A stretch of 64,000 bases of DNA from Octopus sinensis (GCF_006345805.1 NC_043008.1:35092001-35156000); one strand, 5' to 3'; positions 12,950 through 27,126 are shown, counted from the stretch's first letter. Numbers and translations: made by a program. Notes: generated by a model not told the origin, from the sequence alone.

Positions 12950-15900
12950 CAAATAAAATAAAATCATTTTACACTGTAATGTAAATATAAATCACGCTGA
13001 AGTGTTGCATTCCAAATTTTAGAAAAGTCTTGCATATTTATATTGTTCCACTTACAGAGTGTAATTAATAAATGCATGTTACTTTCTTTACCTGAAAAGC
13101 TTAGCTTTCTTTTTCGGATTCCAGACATTTACTTACATAGCTATGTGTTCCAAGAATTACAGTTATCTGCACAGAGAAACTATAAGTTTTCCAAGCAGTT
13201 GTCCATAAATATTTTCTTTCTGGTTGATTTTTAAAAGAAAATTCTTACTCATCTGTGTAGATAACTTTGCTTTTCTGTTTCGAATAAGATGTGGCGGAAA
13301 TTTTGATAAGAATGTCCCATCAATATTCCTTGTATTGAAACGTATATTCTGTATCGATCCTGGGGCAATCTTTCCTGCGGATGACATTGTATATTGTTTT
13401 TGCAATAACATAATACCGCAGTAGAAGTCAGTGCCTTAAATTATATTTTTGCGAAGCTGCTGATCGACTTTATGCGTAAAATCTTCCATAGAAATATGAT
13501 ATAATCAGCATTTTGAGCCACACCCGGTTGTTGTAGGGCTTCGCTGTCTCTTTTCTTTCATTAGCTATTTTGTAAGTAATCTCCTATTCTTGGATGGCAA
13601 AAACATGCACTTCGCAATTTGAAGTGATATGAATGTCACGTGTCCAAGTGATGCAACACTTCCTGTCGATGTTGGCATCCTACTCGAGTTTCGGGGGTAA
13701 CAGCCGCAAAATAAACTTTTCTGAATGTACACAGAGCTTTCTTCCTGTAGATCTTTGTTGAGGAATGCCAGTTCTGCAATTCTGAGTCGCATGGAAGTAT
13801 AGCTTGCGCTGTACATAAAAATAATCCGGACCAAAAGTGTGTCGGGATATTGTTTATTTCGCTGAGGGAGAGTACTATCGGCCACCTAAATTCCTAGATA
13901 GCTCTCCTGCCAAACTGGAAGCCTCTTCTCTGCGGACCAGCTGACTAACTTAACTAGTCCGCAGTGAAGTTCCTGTCTGCAGTCCGTCTGTTATCAGCCC
14001 ATTGGCAGTGTCCTACAGAAGCTTAGATTTCGGTAGTGAACCCTTCGGGAATACTTACTGAAGAATTTCCTGCTGATCTCATTTTTAAATATATGGTTTT
14101 AACAGGTGATTTTGGTTGCTTTTGTTTAACGGATGCTACTTGAGTGATTCCAAACGTCAGCGAAAGGATATCTGAACTTAACTCAAATCTCTTCTATTGT
14201 CTTCTCGTTAGAGATAGGGCCTGTCAACATCACTTCTCCTGTGGAAACTTTCAGTTATCAGAATCATGCGGGTTTAATGTCTATGAAACGGATTTCCTCG
14301 ATAGAAAAATCATTTATCGCAAATGTATGACAGAAATACAGCTACTGTAAATAAATTGTGGGGTTTTATACATTTGTAAGAAGATAATGTCGACTGTTAT
14401 ATTTTTATAAGTCTTCAGTAATTCTATTTTTGTCACAGCAGTCTTGTATGGTATATTTCCTTCAATATATATAAATTCTTGAAGAATATGTTGTGTCGAC
14501 AGGATGGGAAGATTACCGAAAAGTTTGCGGTTTAGCAGCTAGTAGCTTTTTCTCCTTTCAACAATTAAATAGGGCTATTATGATTCATGGATTTCCATCT
14601 CTATACCAGTTAAATGTTATTAATCCACCTGTTTCTCAGTGTTGTAAATAATTGCAATATAGATCTTTAGGTCTTCCTCAAAGAAGGTTTGTGTTTCATT
14701 TGTATTTCATTATGTAGATTCAAGCAGAAAACCATTGGACTTTGTAAAAGAAACTACATCGAACTTTATACAAAAGTGAGTGCTCTTTCTGAAAGAGACA
14801 ATTGTTCTGCTCTCTGATACAAGTAAGAGAATTATTGACCAGACTTCTGGGGGTAACGATTGCAGCAAATACTTTTTGTTTTGTTGTGTCCTACTGTACT
14901 AATAAAAAGCCGCACTGCAGTCGCTTGCTGTCTTTGAATAGCTTTGATCAATTTACTCGTATATACAATGCAACCATAATTTGGTTAACAATGACATTAT
15001 TGTTGTAACTTTCTTTTAAAACTGAACTAGCTTCGTTTTATTGTCCCTTGTCTTAGCCGACCCTGACTAGTTGTTATTATTAAACTTTGTGAGCGACGTA
15101 AGGAGTCCTCTCGTTTATCAGAAATACATTTTTGTTAAGTGCAAAGATACCACCAATAGTGACTGGAAGATAGAATCGAACGCTTTCTTATAATCAAACC
15201 ATATTGTCACAAGGCTTTTACAGTGATTTCTTCATTCAGACAGTTTTTTATTATCAAAAGTGGCTCGGTACATTTCTTCGCTCGTCAGTTACTAACTTGA
15301 TCTTGGAGAAATTTATCTATACTTAAGAGTGGATTTTGCGTTAGGAAACAGTAGTGTTGACCATGGAAGGTCGAAATCAAGTGATCTGGTAGTCTCAGTG
15401 TGGCTATGGCGGATGATTTATCTTCCCGCTAGCGATGTAAACATAAGAAGTGCTTCTATGCACCGAAAGGTCATATGAGAGTTTCTCTCATGGTAGCTAT
15501 CACAATATACTGTGTTGTAACACAACAGCCACTTTTAAGTGGGGATAAACAATACCATTTGATATTAATGCTGCTTCTGTCGCTAACAATTATTTCTTGG
15601 AGAAATTGGTTGAAACAACATTTGGTGTAAAGTTTAGACAAGATGTTTAACAAACATAGCTACCATGAGAGAAACTCTCATATGGGCTTTCGCTGCATAG
15701 AAGCACTTCTTATGTTTACATCGCTAGAGGGAAGATAAATCATCCGCCATAGCCACACTGAGACTACCAGATCACTTGATTTCGACCTTCGATGGTCAAC
15801 ACTACTGTTTCCTAACGCAAAATCCACTCTTATTCTGCCAAATCAATGTCTGTTATCTACAAGACTTTGCTTTGCAATGCTATGTCGGTACACCAGTGTG

Positions 15901-16000
15901 AGCTCCTATAGCTTTTTTAATTAGTGACTTCTAATAGAAGTATCTTTTACCAGGATCCAAGGAATTAACCTGTGCTTGGTTCCACAAAATATAAATCACG
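12950..16000 (-). mobile_element. Heavily degraded R4/Dong-clade LINE remnant (RT plus RLE), internally rearranged
   Basis: Minus-strand motifs LVTIWFDYKKAFDS (~15175-15215), LNILSKLYTKC (~15620-15655), SFHRRSDVDR.YL (~14210-14250) and WDILIK (~13300-13322) match the plus-strand Dong copies at 45-50 kb. Confidence 0.7.
15324..15832. repeat. ~176 bp near-identical inverted repeat with ~156 bp spacer inside the LINE remnant
   Basis: 15324-15500 is the reverse complement of 15656-15832 with only a few mismatches. Confidence 0.9.
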
Positions 16001-16132
16001 AATTTAGTGTTGTCAGTGTTGTAATGGATCTTTTCTGAAGATTATTCGCCAAAGAAGCATTGATTTGAATCCAAACTACCGAATGAAGAATGTGGTGTTT
16101 TACTTGAGGCATTGTGATATAAGAAAACAATA

Positions 16133-16533
16133 AAGAAATGATGCAGAGATCATCTTACAATGCGAGGACAGGATTATCATTAATTCCAATTATATTTCAA
16201 GTGAATGACCCATCAACAGAGAAAGCAACCACGAAATAATGCAAATTAGTAATCGTTGTGTGTTTTCTTAGGCGGAAGTATCAGCGGTAGTGTTGACGTC
16301 ACAGGAAGTGACAATAGTAACTATCACTCCTGCTGCTATTACATCTATAATTATCACTTCCTCTGACGTCAACACTGCTGCTGATACTTCCACTTAAGAA
16401 AACACATGATGATTGCAAGCTTGTATTAATTTGTTAATGCTTTTCGCTATAAGTGGTTGAATTATTTGAAATATTTAAGAATAAACGAATCGTAATAATC
16501 CCCTCGCATTCTAAGAAAGTTTCCGTATCATTT
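16133..16533. repeat. ~400 bp imperfect foldback (MITE-like or PLE-type inversion)
   Basis: gtgttttctta.g.ggaagtatcagc.g.agtgttgacgtca.aggaagtga pairs with 16355-16407; pairing extends out to aaatgat.c.ga / tccgtatcattt. Confidence 0.75.
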
Positions 16534-19500
16534 CCAAATTACACAATTCCAAATGAATTTAAAGTCAGTATCGACTACGAACGTTCAAGTTGTTCGATTT
16601 ACCGAGTTCTCTACTTAATGTAATCTACATTTATATGGTTGAAGCTTCAAGAGATATTCGAATATCCAACGTAATCCCCAAATAGATTCAATCTAACGCT
16701 GCGTATGACAATATTGCTCTTGTAAATGACAGCTCCTCTTCATCTGAAGAGATTTCAAACAGTCCCTGTCCAGTCTACCCAATTTCACTCAAAGTGCGTG
16801 GATCAATTCGATTTTATAATAGAGTATACATTTCCTAGTTGCGATTATGAGGTTTTGATAGCGAATCAAACCTCTTACCCAGTCGTCCATACTTGTTTCA
16901 TTCATTGTTATATCTTCAAAGCAGACAAATGTACAGAGTAAATAATAATAAAGAGGGATCTAAAGAAAAGGGTTGATTGTTTTGATGTCGCTAATGTTCA
17001 CACGTTTACTATAATACCAGAATATGAACGATAAATGGATAATAAATCTTCAGGCAATAGTTAGACTGTAAACAGAGTTCTGTTTAGAAAATACAACAAA
17101 GTTGGTAATTCTAACATCTTTGAACATTTTAAAGTTTAGAACTGGCTGTAATCCATATTTACTTCAGCTTCTAATTCATTTTGTTTTAACAATATCGCAA
17201 GAAGAAAGGGTCAAAACAAGTTTACGAAGACAAAGCTTAGCCAAAACTCTAAGATGATGATACACTCTCTTCGTGGCCACTCGGCCTGCAAGGAACAACA
17301 CACAAATCTCCCTCAAATCAGACGTGGATTTATTTAAGATAATTATATGCATTAGATAATGTAGTCTTATATACACTGTGCGTAATAATGGATTCGACGG
17401 ACTCTGCCGAGGTAACCTTGTGATTCAATGGAAGGGAAGGTGATTACAGCAATGCATTGGGAAGTGCAAAGAGCAAGACCGACCAAGGAAGACAACTTGG
17501 TCATTCATTGCATTCGTCTCAATACTCCATCCTCTTGACCTGGTCTTGCCTCGGGATTAAAGATAGTCGTGGACGAGAAAGTCGAGGTAATGGTGCGCAG
17601 CTTTTCATTGTAACCATGGTCACTCATCCTTAAGAATCCTTAAGAATGTCCAGATGATCCTCATCGCTCCAACGGACGAACAAGATACTTAATCAGCATG
17701 GGATGGCTAGGGTTGGAGCGTCTATGATTATAGGCCATTTCAATTTCTCCCGACCTGTAGTAAAAAAACAACAAATAACACAGCTATGTTCTATTATAAT
17801 TTTGTAGAAGTAATACAGAAAATTCTCAGATAGATAACGCCAGCAATCAAGAATATGGCGAAATTTCATTTCGAATGTAAGTACGTGTATGTTTGTATGT
17901 TTGCATGTATGTATGTATGGAGGTATGTATGCGTGTACTATGCATGTATGTATCGGTATAAGTATGTATTTATTTATGTATGTTGTGCACACGTCCTTAT
18001 GTATAACTGTATGAATGCATATGTGCAAGCATGTATGTGCGTGTGTGTGTGTATATATATATGAATATATACGTACATGTATCATGTGTGTATGAATGCA
18101 CACACACACACACACACACACACAAACACGTATACGTGTCTTTCAGTGATTCTATTATATAATGTGTGAATATTTCATTTTGTATTTCATCAACAGTAAT
18201 ACTAGCAACTCTGCCGTACAAACAATTAGCACATCCGATCAAATGAGGTTTATTAAACAAGAAAATAATTAACATCTTTATGAAACACCACAGTATGTAA
18301 TTTAGCTGCATTGAATATAAGGATTCATTATCAGTGATGTCGCCAAATATTGGGTTTTGCAGATTCATTTAAGCAATATTCCTGACAGTAACACCTGTTA
18401 ATTCCCTCTAGATTTTCGCTAAAGTTTAGTTTGATGAGTAGAAAGATGGATTCTACAGGATTTCCTCTCCGTTATATGTCGAAATATAAAGGAGACATTG
18501 CATGTAATATGTAAGAAAGATTTAGAATTTTTAAAAGAAGTCTGAAAGGTGTGTGCATAGCTGTGTGGTAAGACGCTTGCTTTCCAGCCACATGATTTCA
18601 GGTTCAGTCTCATGGTGTGGAACCTTAGGTAAAATCTTGCGAGTGGATTTAGTAGACGGAAATTGAAAGGAGTTCGCCGCATATATAGGACAGATGTAGA
18701 CATGAATCACCGTATCCTAAAGAAAGCCATCTGATGGATTGGCAAGGATTCACTTACATTTGAGCCCCAACCTCTAACCAACAGATATGCTGTCCCCTTT
18801 CTCTCTGTTTTACCGTTACTATAAATGTCACCGGTTTTCAGATCTAGCTAGATTCCACTCAAACGCATCTTTCATTCCCGTTTCCCCCTCACCCGTCACT
18901 TTTTCTGTGTCTCCTTCTTCAGGTATGGCACTAAACTCCACCCTTTCCTTATGATATTAGTATTATAGACATTAATGTTTTAGAATTCAATTCCTTTCCT
19001 GTTCATGTGTTATTCCACGAGCATCCACCAGCGTTGTTATAGATGACTATCAATCGTATAAATCAGACCGATCTTGGATGATTTTCGAAGAACTTCAATA
19101 CAGTTCGTTCGTTCGTTCGTTCGTTCGTTCTTTCGTTCGTTCGTTCGTTCCTTCCTTCCTGCCAAAACCCTAAAAAAAAATGAGGGAATAATTGCTTAAG
19201 TTGATAGCAGTGATAAGTAGTTAAAAATATTCCAAGATATATTTTAAGAACAAATGTTCTTTCGTAAGAATTTCTTTTGAAACCAGAGAAGTAATGAAGT
19301 AATATTTAGGTCTTTGAGAAGATTATCGTCATGCAACAAAACAAGGCCATATAGGGTTACAATATGAGATACTACTCTACGGGTAATCCTTCAAATAAAT
19401 ATGAATAACGTTGAAAAAGGATCAAATTATGTTGTTTACCTAATCCCAAGATGAATGAATCAGTCATCGTAAGCAACTAATGTTGTACATCAGAAAGATT

Positions 19501-19628
19501 AGTAAAATTTTCTGCTTTACTTGAAGTAAACGATACGAATGTAATACTAGGAACGTGGAGAAAGGTTTTAGGAGTGATTAATAAAAGGCAACTGGGATTT
19601 AATTCACCAAATAATACGGAATAATATA

Positions 19629-19930
19629 TCTATTATATAAAATATGTTCTGTCTATGTGTGTCTTCTAGGATCTCGGGCATCCTCCATCCGATTGCGCTC
19701 AAATTTGATATGTAGGTACCGACGGTATAAGTTTTGAAAAAATTACAAAAATCGATTCCAGGTGAGAATGCGATCGATAAAGCCGTGGGAACGTGCATTT
19801 GTACGCGCAAGTATATCAGCTGTTGCGACCGACACTACTCGTACGCGAGTAAAATGCACGTGCAGTTTGCTCAAAAAAAGCCGGCTGGCTTGAAATAATG
19901 CCATTTAAGAGACCAAAAAAGTAAGATGTA
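19629..19930 (+). mobile_element. Non-autonomous Helitron-like element, 5' part
   Basis: Starts A|TCtattatataaa followed by tgtct...ccgattgcgctcaaatttg; homologous copy at 34745-34936 (minus). No 3' CTRR end identified. Confidence 0.5.
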
Positions 19931-20043
19931 AAAGAGATATTTTCTTCAAACTTGGCAAATCAATTTTGGAAGGCTATTAGATGTTATATTTCCAAATCAA
20001 TTTGGAAACATAACATCTGATAACCTAACGGTATGTCTTTTCT

Positions 20044-20128
20044 ACTCCTCTGATGAGATTTTGCCCAATTCAATGATTTAATTATTGTAATTCAATCTTT
20101 GGTCAAGAATGAAACAGCTGTAAGAGAT
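20044..20128 (+). ncRNA. Minimal type I HHR motif with long stem II
   Basis: ctcct-CTGATGA (20050-20056)-g attttgccca...tggtcaagaat-GAAAC agct GTA|agag: palindromic ACAGCTGT stem III. Followed by ~65 nt AT-rich sequence and a TA run. Confidence 0.7.
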
Positions 20129-20197
20129 TATATTGGATTTATGCAGTTAATAAATTAAATTAATTCTACATCTCCGTTTCTGAATTTTATATATATG

Positions 20198-20374
20198 CAG
20201 GAGTGGCTGTGTTGTAAGTAGCTTGCTAACCAACCACATGGTTCCGGGTTCAGTCCCACTGCGTGGCATCTTGGGCAAGTGTCTTCTGCTATAGCCCCGG
20301 GCCGACCAATGCCTTGTGAGTGGATTTGGTAGACGGAAACTGAAAGAAGCCTGTCGTATATATATATATATATG

Positions 20375-20425
<51 letters not shown>

Positions 20426-20650
20426 GTGTGTGTGTGTATGTGTTTGTGTGTCTGTCCCCCTAGCATTGCTTGACAACCGATGCTAGTGTGTTTACGTCCC
20501 TGTCACTTAGCGGTTCGGCAAAAGAGACCGATAGAATAAGTACTGGGCTTACAAGGAATAAGTCCCGGGGTTGATTTGCTCGACTAAAGGTGGTGCTCCA
20601 GCATGGCCACAGTCAAATGACTGAAACGAGTAAAAGAGAGTAAAAGAGAC
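20198..20650 (+). mobile_element. SINE family A, full copy with internal (TA)n(TG)n
   Basis: Colinear with 9005-9388. Confidence 0.9.
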
Positions 20651-21016
20651 ACACATACACATACAAAAAAAAAGCACACACTAACACACACAGACATATA
20701 TATACATGTGTGTGTGTGTGCATGTGTGCGTGCGTGTGTGTGTGTTTGTGCTTGATCCCCACCTCCGCAAAATGAGTGTTGGTTTGATTGGGTTCCTAAA
20801 AGAGTGAGCGGTTTGGTAAAGAATGTCGACAGAATGAGAACCACAAGTAAAAATAAGTATTGGGGTCGATTTGTTTGATTAAGCTCTTCAAGGCCGCGGT
20901 CTAATGACTGCAACAAGTAAAAAGTATAGATTATAGATATATAATACGTGTGTGCGAGAGTGTCTATAGAATGTCTGTCAGTCTCTCTTTGTATATATAT
21001 ATATATTATATATTTG

Positions 21017-21049
<33 letters not shown>

Positions 21050-21272
21050 ATGTATAATTGTGTAAGTATACACACACACACACACACACATATATATACA
21101 TATACATATATATATATATATATGAAATATATACTCATACATTCATAAATATTAAATATATATGTATATATGTTTGTATACTCTCATACATATATATTTA
21201 GGCACAAAAATACATTATACATACATATACATATATATGTAGATACACACACACACACACACACACACACAC

Positions 21273-21326
<54 letters not shown>

Positions 21327-21819
21327 TACATGATATATATATATCATGTTTGCATATGTATGACTATACGTATATATCGTTGATCTATCTTATAGCAAAG
21401 ACCATATTTTTTGTTTGTTTGTCTTTTTATCAGTGAAGTTAATTTCAATATCCATTTCCTGGCAATGATTTAACATGTACATCAAACCAAACATGTTGGC
21501 ACTTCTCCATTTTGATTCCGACTCAGCAATTTTTTGTTTATTGCTGATGATTTGACTTTGCAAGAACAACATCAAAATCAACAACAATAATACTAACATG
21601 TCAAAATATATTAACAATTACATCAAAAAAACCCACAGAGATATATTAAAAAACACACACAAAAAAAACAAACAAACAAATTGCACCAATATCGACAACA
21701 ATAAAGGTAAAAAGACAACGAAGAAGCTACGACACAGGCATTTGACCGGTTAGAAATAGCAACCAAAATCTCCCTAAAATCGCATTCTGTTCTCTTAAAT
21801 TATTCAGTCCTTAATATAT

Positions 21820-22056
21820 TCTTTCTAATTTTGGCTCAAGACCAGCAATTTTGAAAGAACAGGGCAGTCGATTATATCGATCCCAGTGTCCAACTGGTAC
21901 TTATTTCATCGATCCCAGGGTTCGACAGTTAATGTGTTTTATCGATTCCAAAGGCAAAGTCAAACTTGGCGGAATTTGAACTCAAACCGTAAAACGGACG
22001 ATATACCGCTGAATATTTTGTCCGACGTGCTAACGATTCTGCCAGCTCACCACCTT
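21820..22056 (-). mobile_element. SINE family B copy
   Basis: Meta-like domain and tRNA-like head on the minus strand. Confidence 0.75.
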
Positions 22057-22669
22057 CATTCAGTCCTTTAGATATAAAAACAGGAGTTGTTATTGTATCT
22101 CTTCTAATAGAAGTAAAAGAGCAGTCACTCCAAAATGGTCAGGCAACAATTGGGTAAGAAAAATGGTCGGTTAAAAATATACCACAGAAACAATGTACTA
22201 CCTCTGCTTGGCCTTTTAGATATAGCTTCATCTTATCCCTTGTCTAGATAAGACAGAATAACCAACTGGGTACTTTATCTCAGTTTCTCTTCACATGGTT
22301 GGGCAAACCATATAAAGAGAAATATATATACCAGTTTAGTGATCCTTCGACCCAGTGATCTATGAAGGTATAGCTATGCATGTCCAGGTGCCAACCTATA
22401 AGACCTCTAACTTTACTGCTTGACATAGTGGCCCAAAATTCCCCCAAATCACACACCACAGTCTAAAATAATATATTTCGTGATATGAAAAATGGAGCTA
22501 CGATCATGAGTTCTCTGCCATAATAATTAAAGAAGATGCTCCCTTTTGATTCAGCAAAAACTGGGGTGATGCATGGCAGTCGGGCAGAAATATGCCACAG
22601 CCAAAATCTCCGTAAATTCATATCCTGCCATCTTAAAGTAGATGCTGTTATATAAAAGTTATACAGAAG

Positions 22670-23600
22670 TTGCGTACTGGGGTCGATTTAATCGACTGTC
22701 CCCTCCCCCAAAATTTCAGGCCATGTGCCTATAATAGAAAGGATATAAAAGAAGGGATAGTCACTGTCGGAGCCCATTTGATTATCACTTTTTTTATCAG
22801 GGCTGAACAACACAGTAATAAGAATACCGATACTATAGGGAGGCAAGCTGGCAGAATCGTTAGCACGCCAGGCGAAATGCTTATCGGTATTTCGTCTGCC
22901 GCTACGTTCTGAGTTCAAATTGCGCCGAGATCGACTTTGCCTTTCATCCTTTCGGGGTCGATTAAATAAGTACCAGTTACTGGGGTCGATATAATTGATT
23001 TAATCCGTTTGTCTGTCCTTGCTTGTCCCTTCTGTGTTTATCCCCTTGTGGGTAGTAAAGAAATAGGTATTTCGTCTGCCGTTACGTTCTGAGTTCAAAT
23101 TCCGCCGAGGTCGACTTTGCTTTTCATCCTTTTGGGGTCGATAAATTAAGTACCAGCTACGCACTGGGGTCGATGTAATCGACTTAATCATTTTGTCTGT
23201 CCTTGTTTCTCCCCTCTATGTTTAGCCCCTTGTGGGCAATAAAGAAATAAGAATCGTTAGCACGCTGGGCGAAATGCTTAGCGGTGTTTCGTCTGCCGTT
23301 ACGTTCTGAGTTCAATTAAATAAGTACCAGTTACGCACTGGAGTCGACGCAATCGATTTAATCCCTTTGCCTGTCCTTGTTTGTTCCCTCTATGTTTAGT
23401 CCCTTGCGGGCAATAAAGAAATAAATAGCTGTATTTCTTCCGGCTCTTTACGTTTTTTGAGTTCAAACCCTGCCGATACCAACTTTGCCTTTCATTCCTT
23501 CGGAATCGATAGAATAAAGTAGCACTCAAGTATTGGAGTTTGTGTCGTCGACCTGCACACCCCACTCCGTCCCCTCAGAAGTTATTGGCCTTGAACTTGG
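22670..23600 (+). mobile_element. Head-to-tail chain of SINE family B copies and fragments
   Basis: tacgtt.tgagttcaa recurs near 22903, 23083, 23300 and 23449; ccttgtggg.a.taaagaaata tails near 23045, 23230 and 23402. Confidence 0.85.
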
Positions 23601-23699
23601 CAAGGGATTGGCATCCCTTTCAGAGTGATGTGATCTCGGTCACTTAACCGCTAAGGAAAGCAAGTAACCGGACTAATCATTCCTAGGGTTCGAGAAGAA

Positions 23700-24130
23700 A
23701 ATTATAGATAAGAAGTTTGTTTCCAAACCTCATGGTTCCAGGTTCAGTTCCACTGCGTGGCCTTTTGGGCAAGTCTCTTATACTATAGCCTCAGGCCGAC
23801 CAAAGCCTTGTGAGTGGATTTGGCTGACAGAAACTGAAAGAAGCCCGTTGTATGTATGTATGTATGTATGTTATGTATGTATGTATGTATATGTGTGTGT
23901 GAGTATGAGTGTGTGTGTGTGTGTGCACTTTTGTGTTTGACCCCACCACCGCTTGACAACCGGTGTCGGTTTGTTTAAGCCTCCTAATTTAGTGGTTCGG
24001 TAAAAAGTGATCAATAGGATAGGCACCTGACTATAAAAAAATAAGTACTGGAGCTGATTCGTTCGACTAAATTTTTCAATGCAGTACTCCTGCATGGCCG
24101 CAGTCTGATGACTGAAATGAGTAAAAGATA
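23700..24130 (+). mobile_element. SINE family A, diverged full copy
   Basis: Colinear with 9005-9388. Confidence 0.8.
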
Positions 24131-24575
24131 TGAACAGGAAATTTGGGAGGAGAGTAGCAGCAAATTAAATCGACCCCAGTACATAACTGGTTAAATTTGC
24201 TTTGAAGGCAGAAGGTAATTGGACCTAACAAAATATCAGCTGTCATTTTTATGTCAGTCGACATCAATAAGAATGATGTGAACAATAATAAATATATTAA
24301 CATTCCTATACTTAGAAGCACCACTTGAATTTCACATGACTTTGTTAGGAGACGGAGGACAAGACATGACTGGTCGAAAGAAGGAGAGTCGTTATGCTTA
24401 GATTTCACACTTACCCTTGTATTTTCTGGCGTACAAGTCGACGTATTTATATAGTATAAGCATGTTGTGTAAACGTTTTAATATCGTCATTATCTTTCCA
24501 AATCCTGCTTTTCGCTCTACAAAGTCACCTTGGTGTATAAGTCAACCTTATGTGTATATATATATATAATATATA

Positions 24576-24607
<32 letters not shown>

Positions 24608-25090
24608 TGTTATATTTCGGAATGGTCATTTTGCCAGTTTAGCCAATAAAAAATCTTGCACAACAAATATATAAACGTATATATATATATATATATATAG
24701 ATATATATATATATATGTTGGTTGTAAATTTGGGGTCAGAAACTTTCGACTCTTATGTCGTTGAAGCTATTCAGGGAAGATCAAATAATGAGGTACTAGA
24801 CGGAACAATGGATTAAAACTATTCTCCAAGCGCAGGAAAGAGCTCTCAAGTAAGTTTTCACTCAATTCCCGTCGAACAAATTCAATTCTCAAAGTTTTGG
24901 TCATAGTGAGGCGATAATGGAAGACACACGTCCCAGGCGCTACCCAACTGTGGTATTGAACCCAGCGGGTTCAATATCATTGTTAGGAAGGGAAGTCTTA
25001 ACTCACATAACTATTCCTGCATAGTCATATATAGATACATGTGTATGCATGAAAATATATCATGATAAAATGCACCATTATTATCCACTG

Positions 25091-25170
<80 letters not shown>

Positions 25171-25542
25171 GGCAAATATCTCCATTAGAGAAGTGGAGAT
25201 ATACTTTAGAGGTGAATGTATCTTCAATTAGCACCAAAACGACTTTCTCGTGTTTTAGGTCTTCTAATTTTAAAACTTTTATTGCTGTGCATTCTGCAAT
25301 ATTTTCGTTTCTTTGGCAAGACAGGAATGAATCGACCTCAGTACTTATTTATCTTAAGCCTGGTACTTATTATATCGGTCTTTCTTGACGAACCATTAAG
25401 TTAGGGGGACATAAACACACGAACACGGCGGTTGTCAAGCGGGTGTAGGCGGAGGGAAATCAGACGCAAATACACGAATACACACACTCACACATATACG
25501 TAGATACACACACACACGCACACACACACGCACACACACACG

Positions 25543-25571
<29 letters not shown>

Positions 25572-25573
<2 letters not shown>

Positions 25574-25930
25574 GCGTAGGAGTGGCTGTGTGGTAAGTAG
25601 CTTGCTTACCAACCACATGGTTCCAAAGCCTTGTGAGTGGATTTGGTAGACGGAAACTGAAAGAAGCCCGTCGTATATAAGTATATATATATATGTGTGT
25701 GTGTGTGTGTGGATGTATGTTCGTGTGTCTGTGTTTGTTCCCCCAACATCGCTTGACAACCGATGCTGGTGTGTTTACGTCCCCGTAACTTAGCGGTTCG
25801 GCAAAAGAGACCGATAGAATAAATACTAGGCTTACAAAGAATAAGTTCTGGGGTCGATTTGCTCGACTAAAGGCGGTACTCCAGCATGGCCGTAGTCAAA
25901 TGACTGGAGCAAGTAAAAGAGTAAAAAGAG
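25572..25930 (+). mobile_element. SINE family A with internal deletion, apparently nested in an older minus-strand SINE A (25330-25470 and 26000-26120)
   Basis: Head jumps from catggttcc to aaagccttgtgag; the flanking minus-strand tail and head pieces are in the correct order. Confidence 0.8.
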
Positions 25931-26402
25931 AGTACACACACACACACCACACACACACACACCACACACACACACACACAAACACATACACACACACACA
26001 GTCACCAGGTTTTGCTCGGCCTGAGTCTATAGCAGAAGACACTTGCCCAAGGTGTCAAGCAGTGGGGCTAAATTCGGAACCATGTGGTCGGGGAGCAAGC
26101 TTCTTATCACACAGCCATGCAACTGGATCTCCGTCGTTAAACAACGAGGATTCAATTGTGAATCAGTTGATCAACTTATTTACCAGCTGAATCGAACTGA
26201 GCTTCAATAAAATGCATAAAAGGAATGGTATTATAATTTCACTGCATCCACAACAGTATACATAACTGGAAGGCATTTCATTTGGCAACGTGTTGTAATG
26301 GACAAATCCGTGTCTATCTTGGTATCAACACCAAACCTAACAACACTACTCCGTCTTCAAACGTCTTGAACCACTCTGAAGGTTTAAAGTAGTACATAAT
26401 GT

Positions 26403-26439
<37 letters not shown>

Positions 26440-26752
26440 ACACACACACGCACATACATATATACATACATACATATATGTGTGTGTGTGGTGTGTGACG
26501 TGTATGTGTGTGTATGTGTGTATGTGTGTGTATGTATTCATATACTTAATATGTAACATGTAGTAGGTGCTACATACAATATCTTTATCTAGAGAATTCC
26601 ACCGTGTTACCATTCTCATACTTTATCTTTGAAATATTTTAGAATATATTGATCACAATCTTTTAAAATCTCATCCCACTTCAGTTCTTACACAAATGCA
26701 AATGCTTTATGTCTTCGAATGCATACATACTTACATGTATGCATACATACGT

Positions 26753-26803
26753 ACATACTGAGATACAAACATAAATACATACATACACACACATATATGT
26801 ACG

Positions 26804-26836
<33 letters not shown>

Positions 26837-26838
26837 TA

Positions 26839-26878
<40 letters not shown>

Positions 26879-27083
26879 TATATATATATAAATATGTACA
26901 TACATGCATACATATAATGTAATATATATGCACATATACATGTGTATCTATATGCATATATATATGTTTTACATGTTTAATGTATAATATAATGCAATAT
27001 GTGACATATATATATGTATCTACATATAATTATAAATGTTACTAAATATACATATTTATGTGTGTGTATATATATACACACAC

Positions 27084-27126
<43 letters not shown>

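Noticed and set aside
16400-16480. atgatga...gaaatattta as an HHR in the foldback
   Set aside because: Core mutated, no clear stem I or II, and not conserved in the mirror arm.
24413-24550. Tc/pogo-like TIR start (gtattttctggcgtacaagtcgac)
   Set aside because: No matching opposite TIR found in the window.
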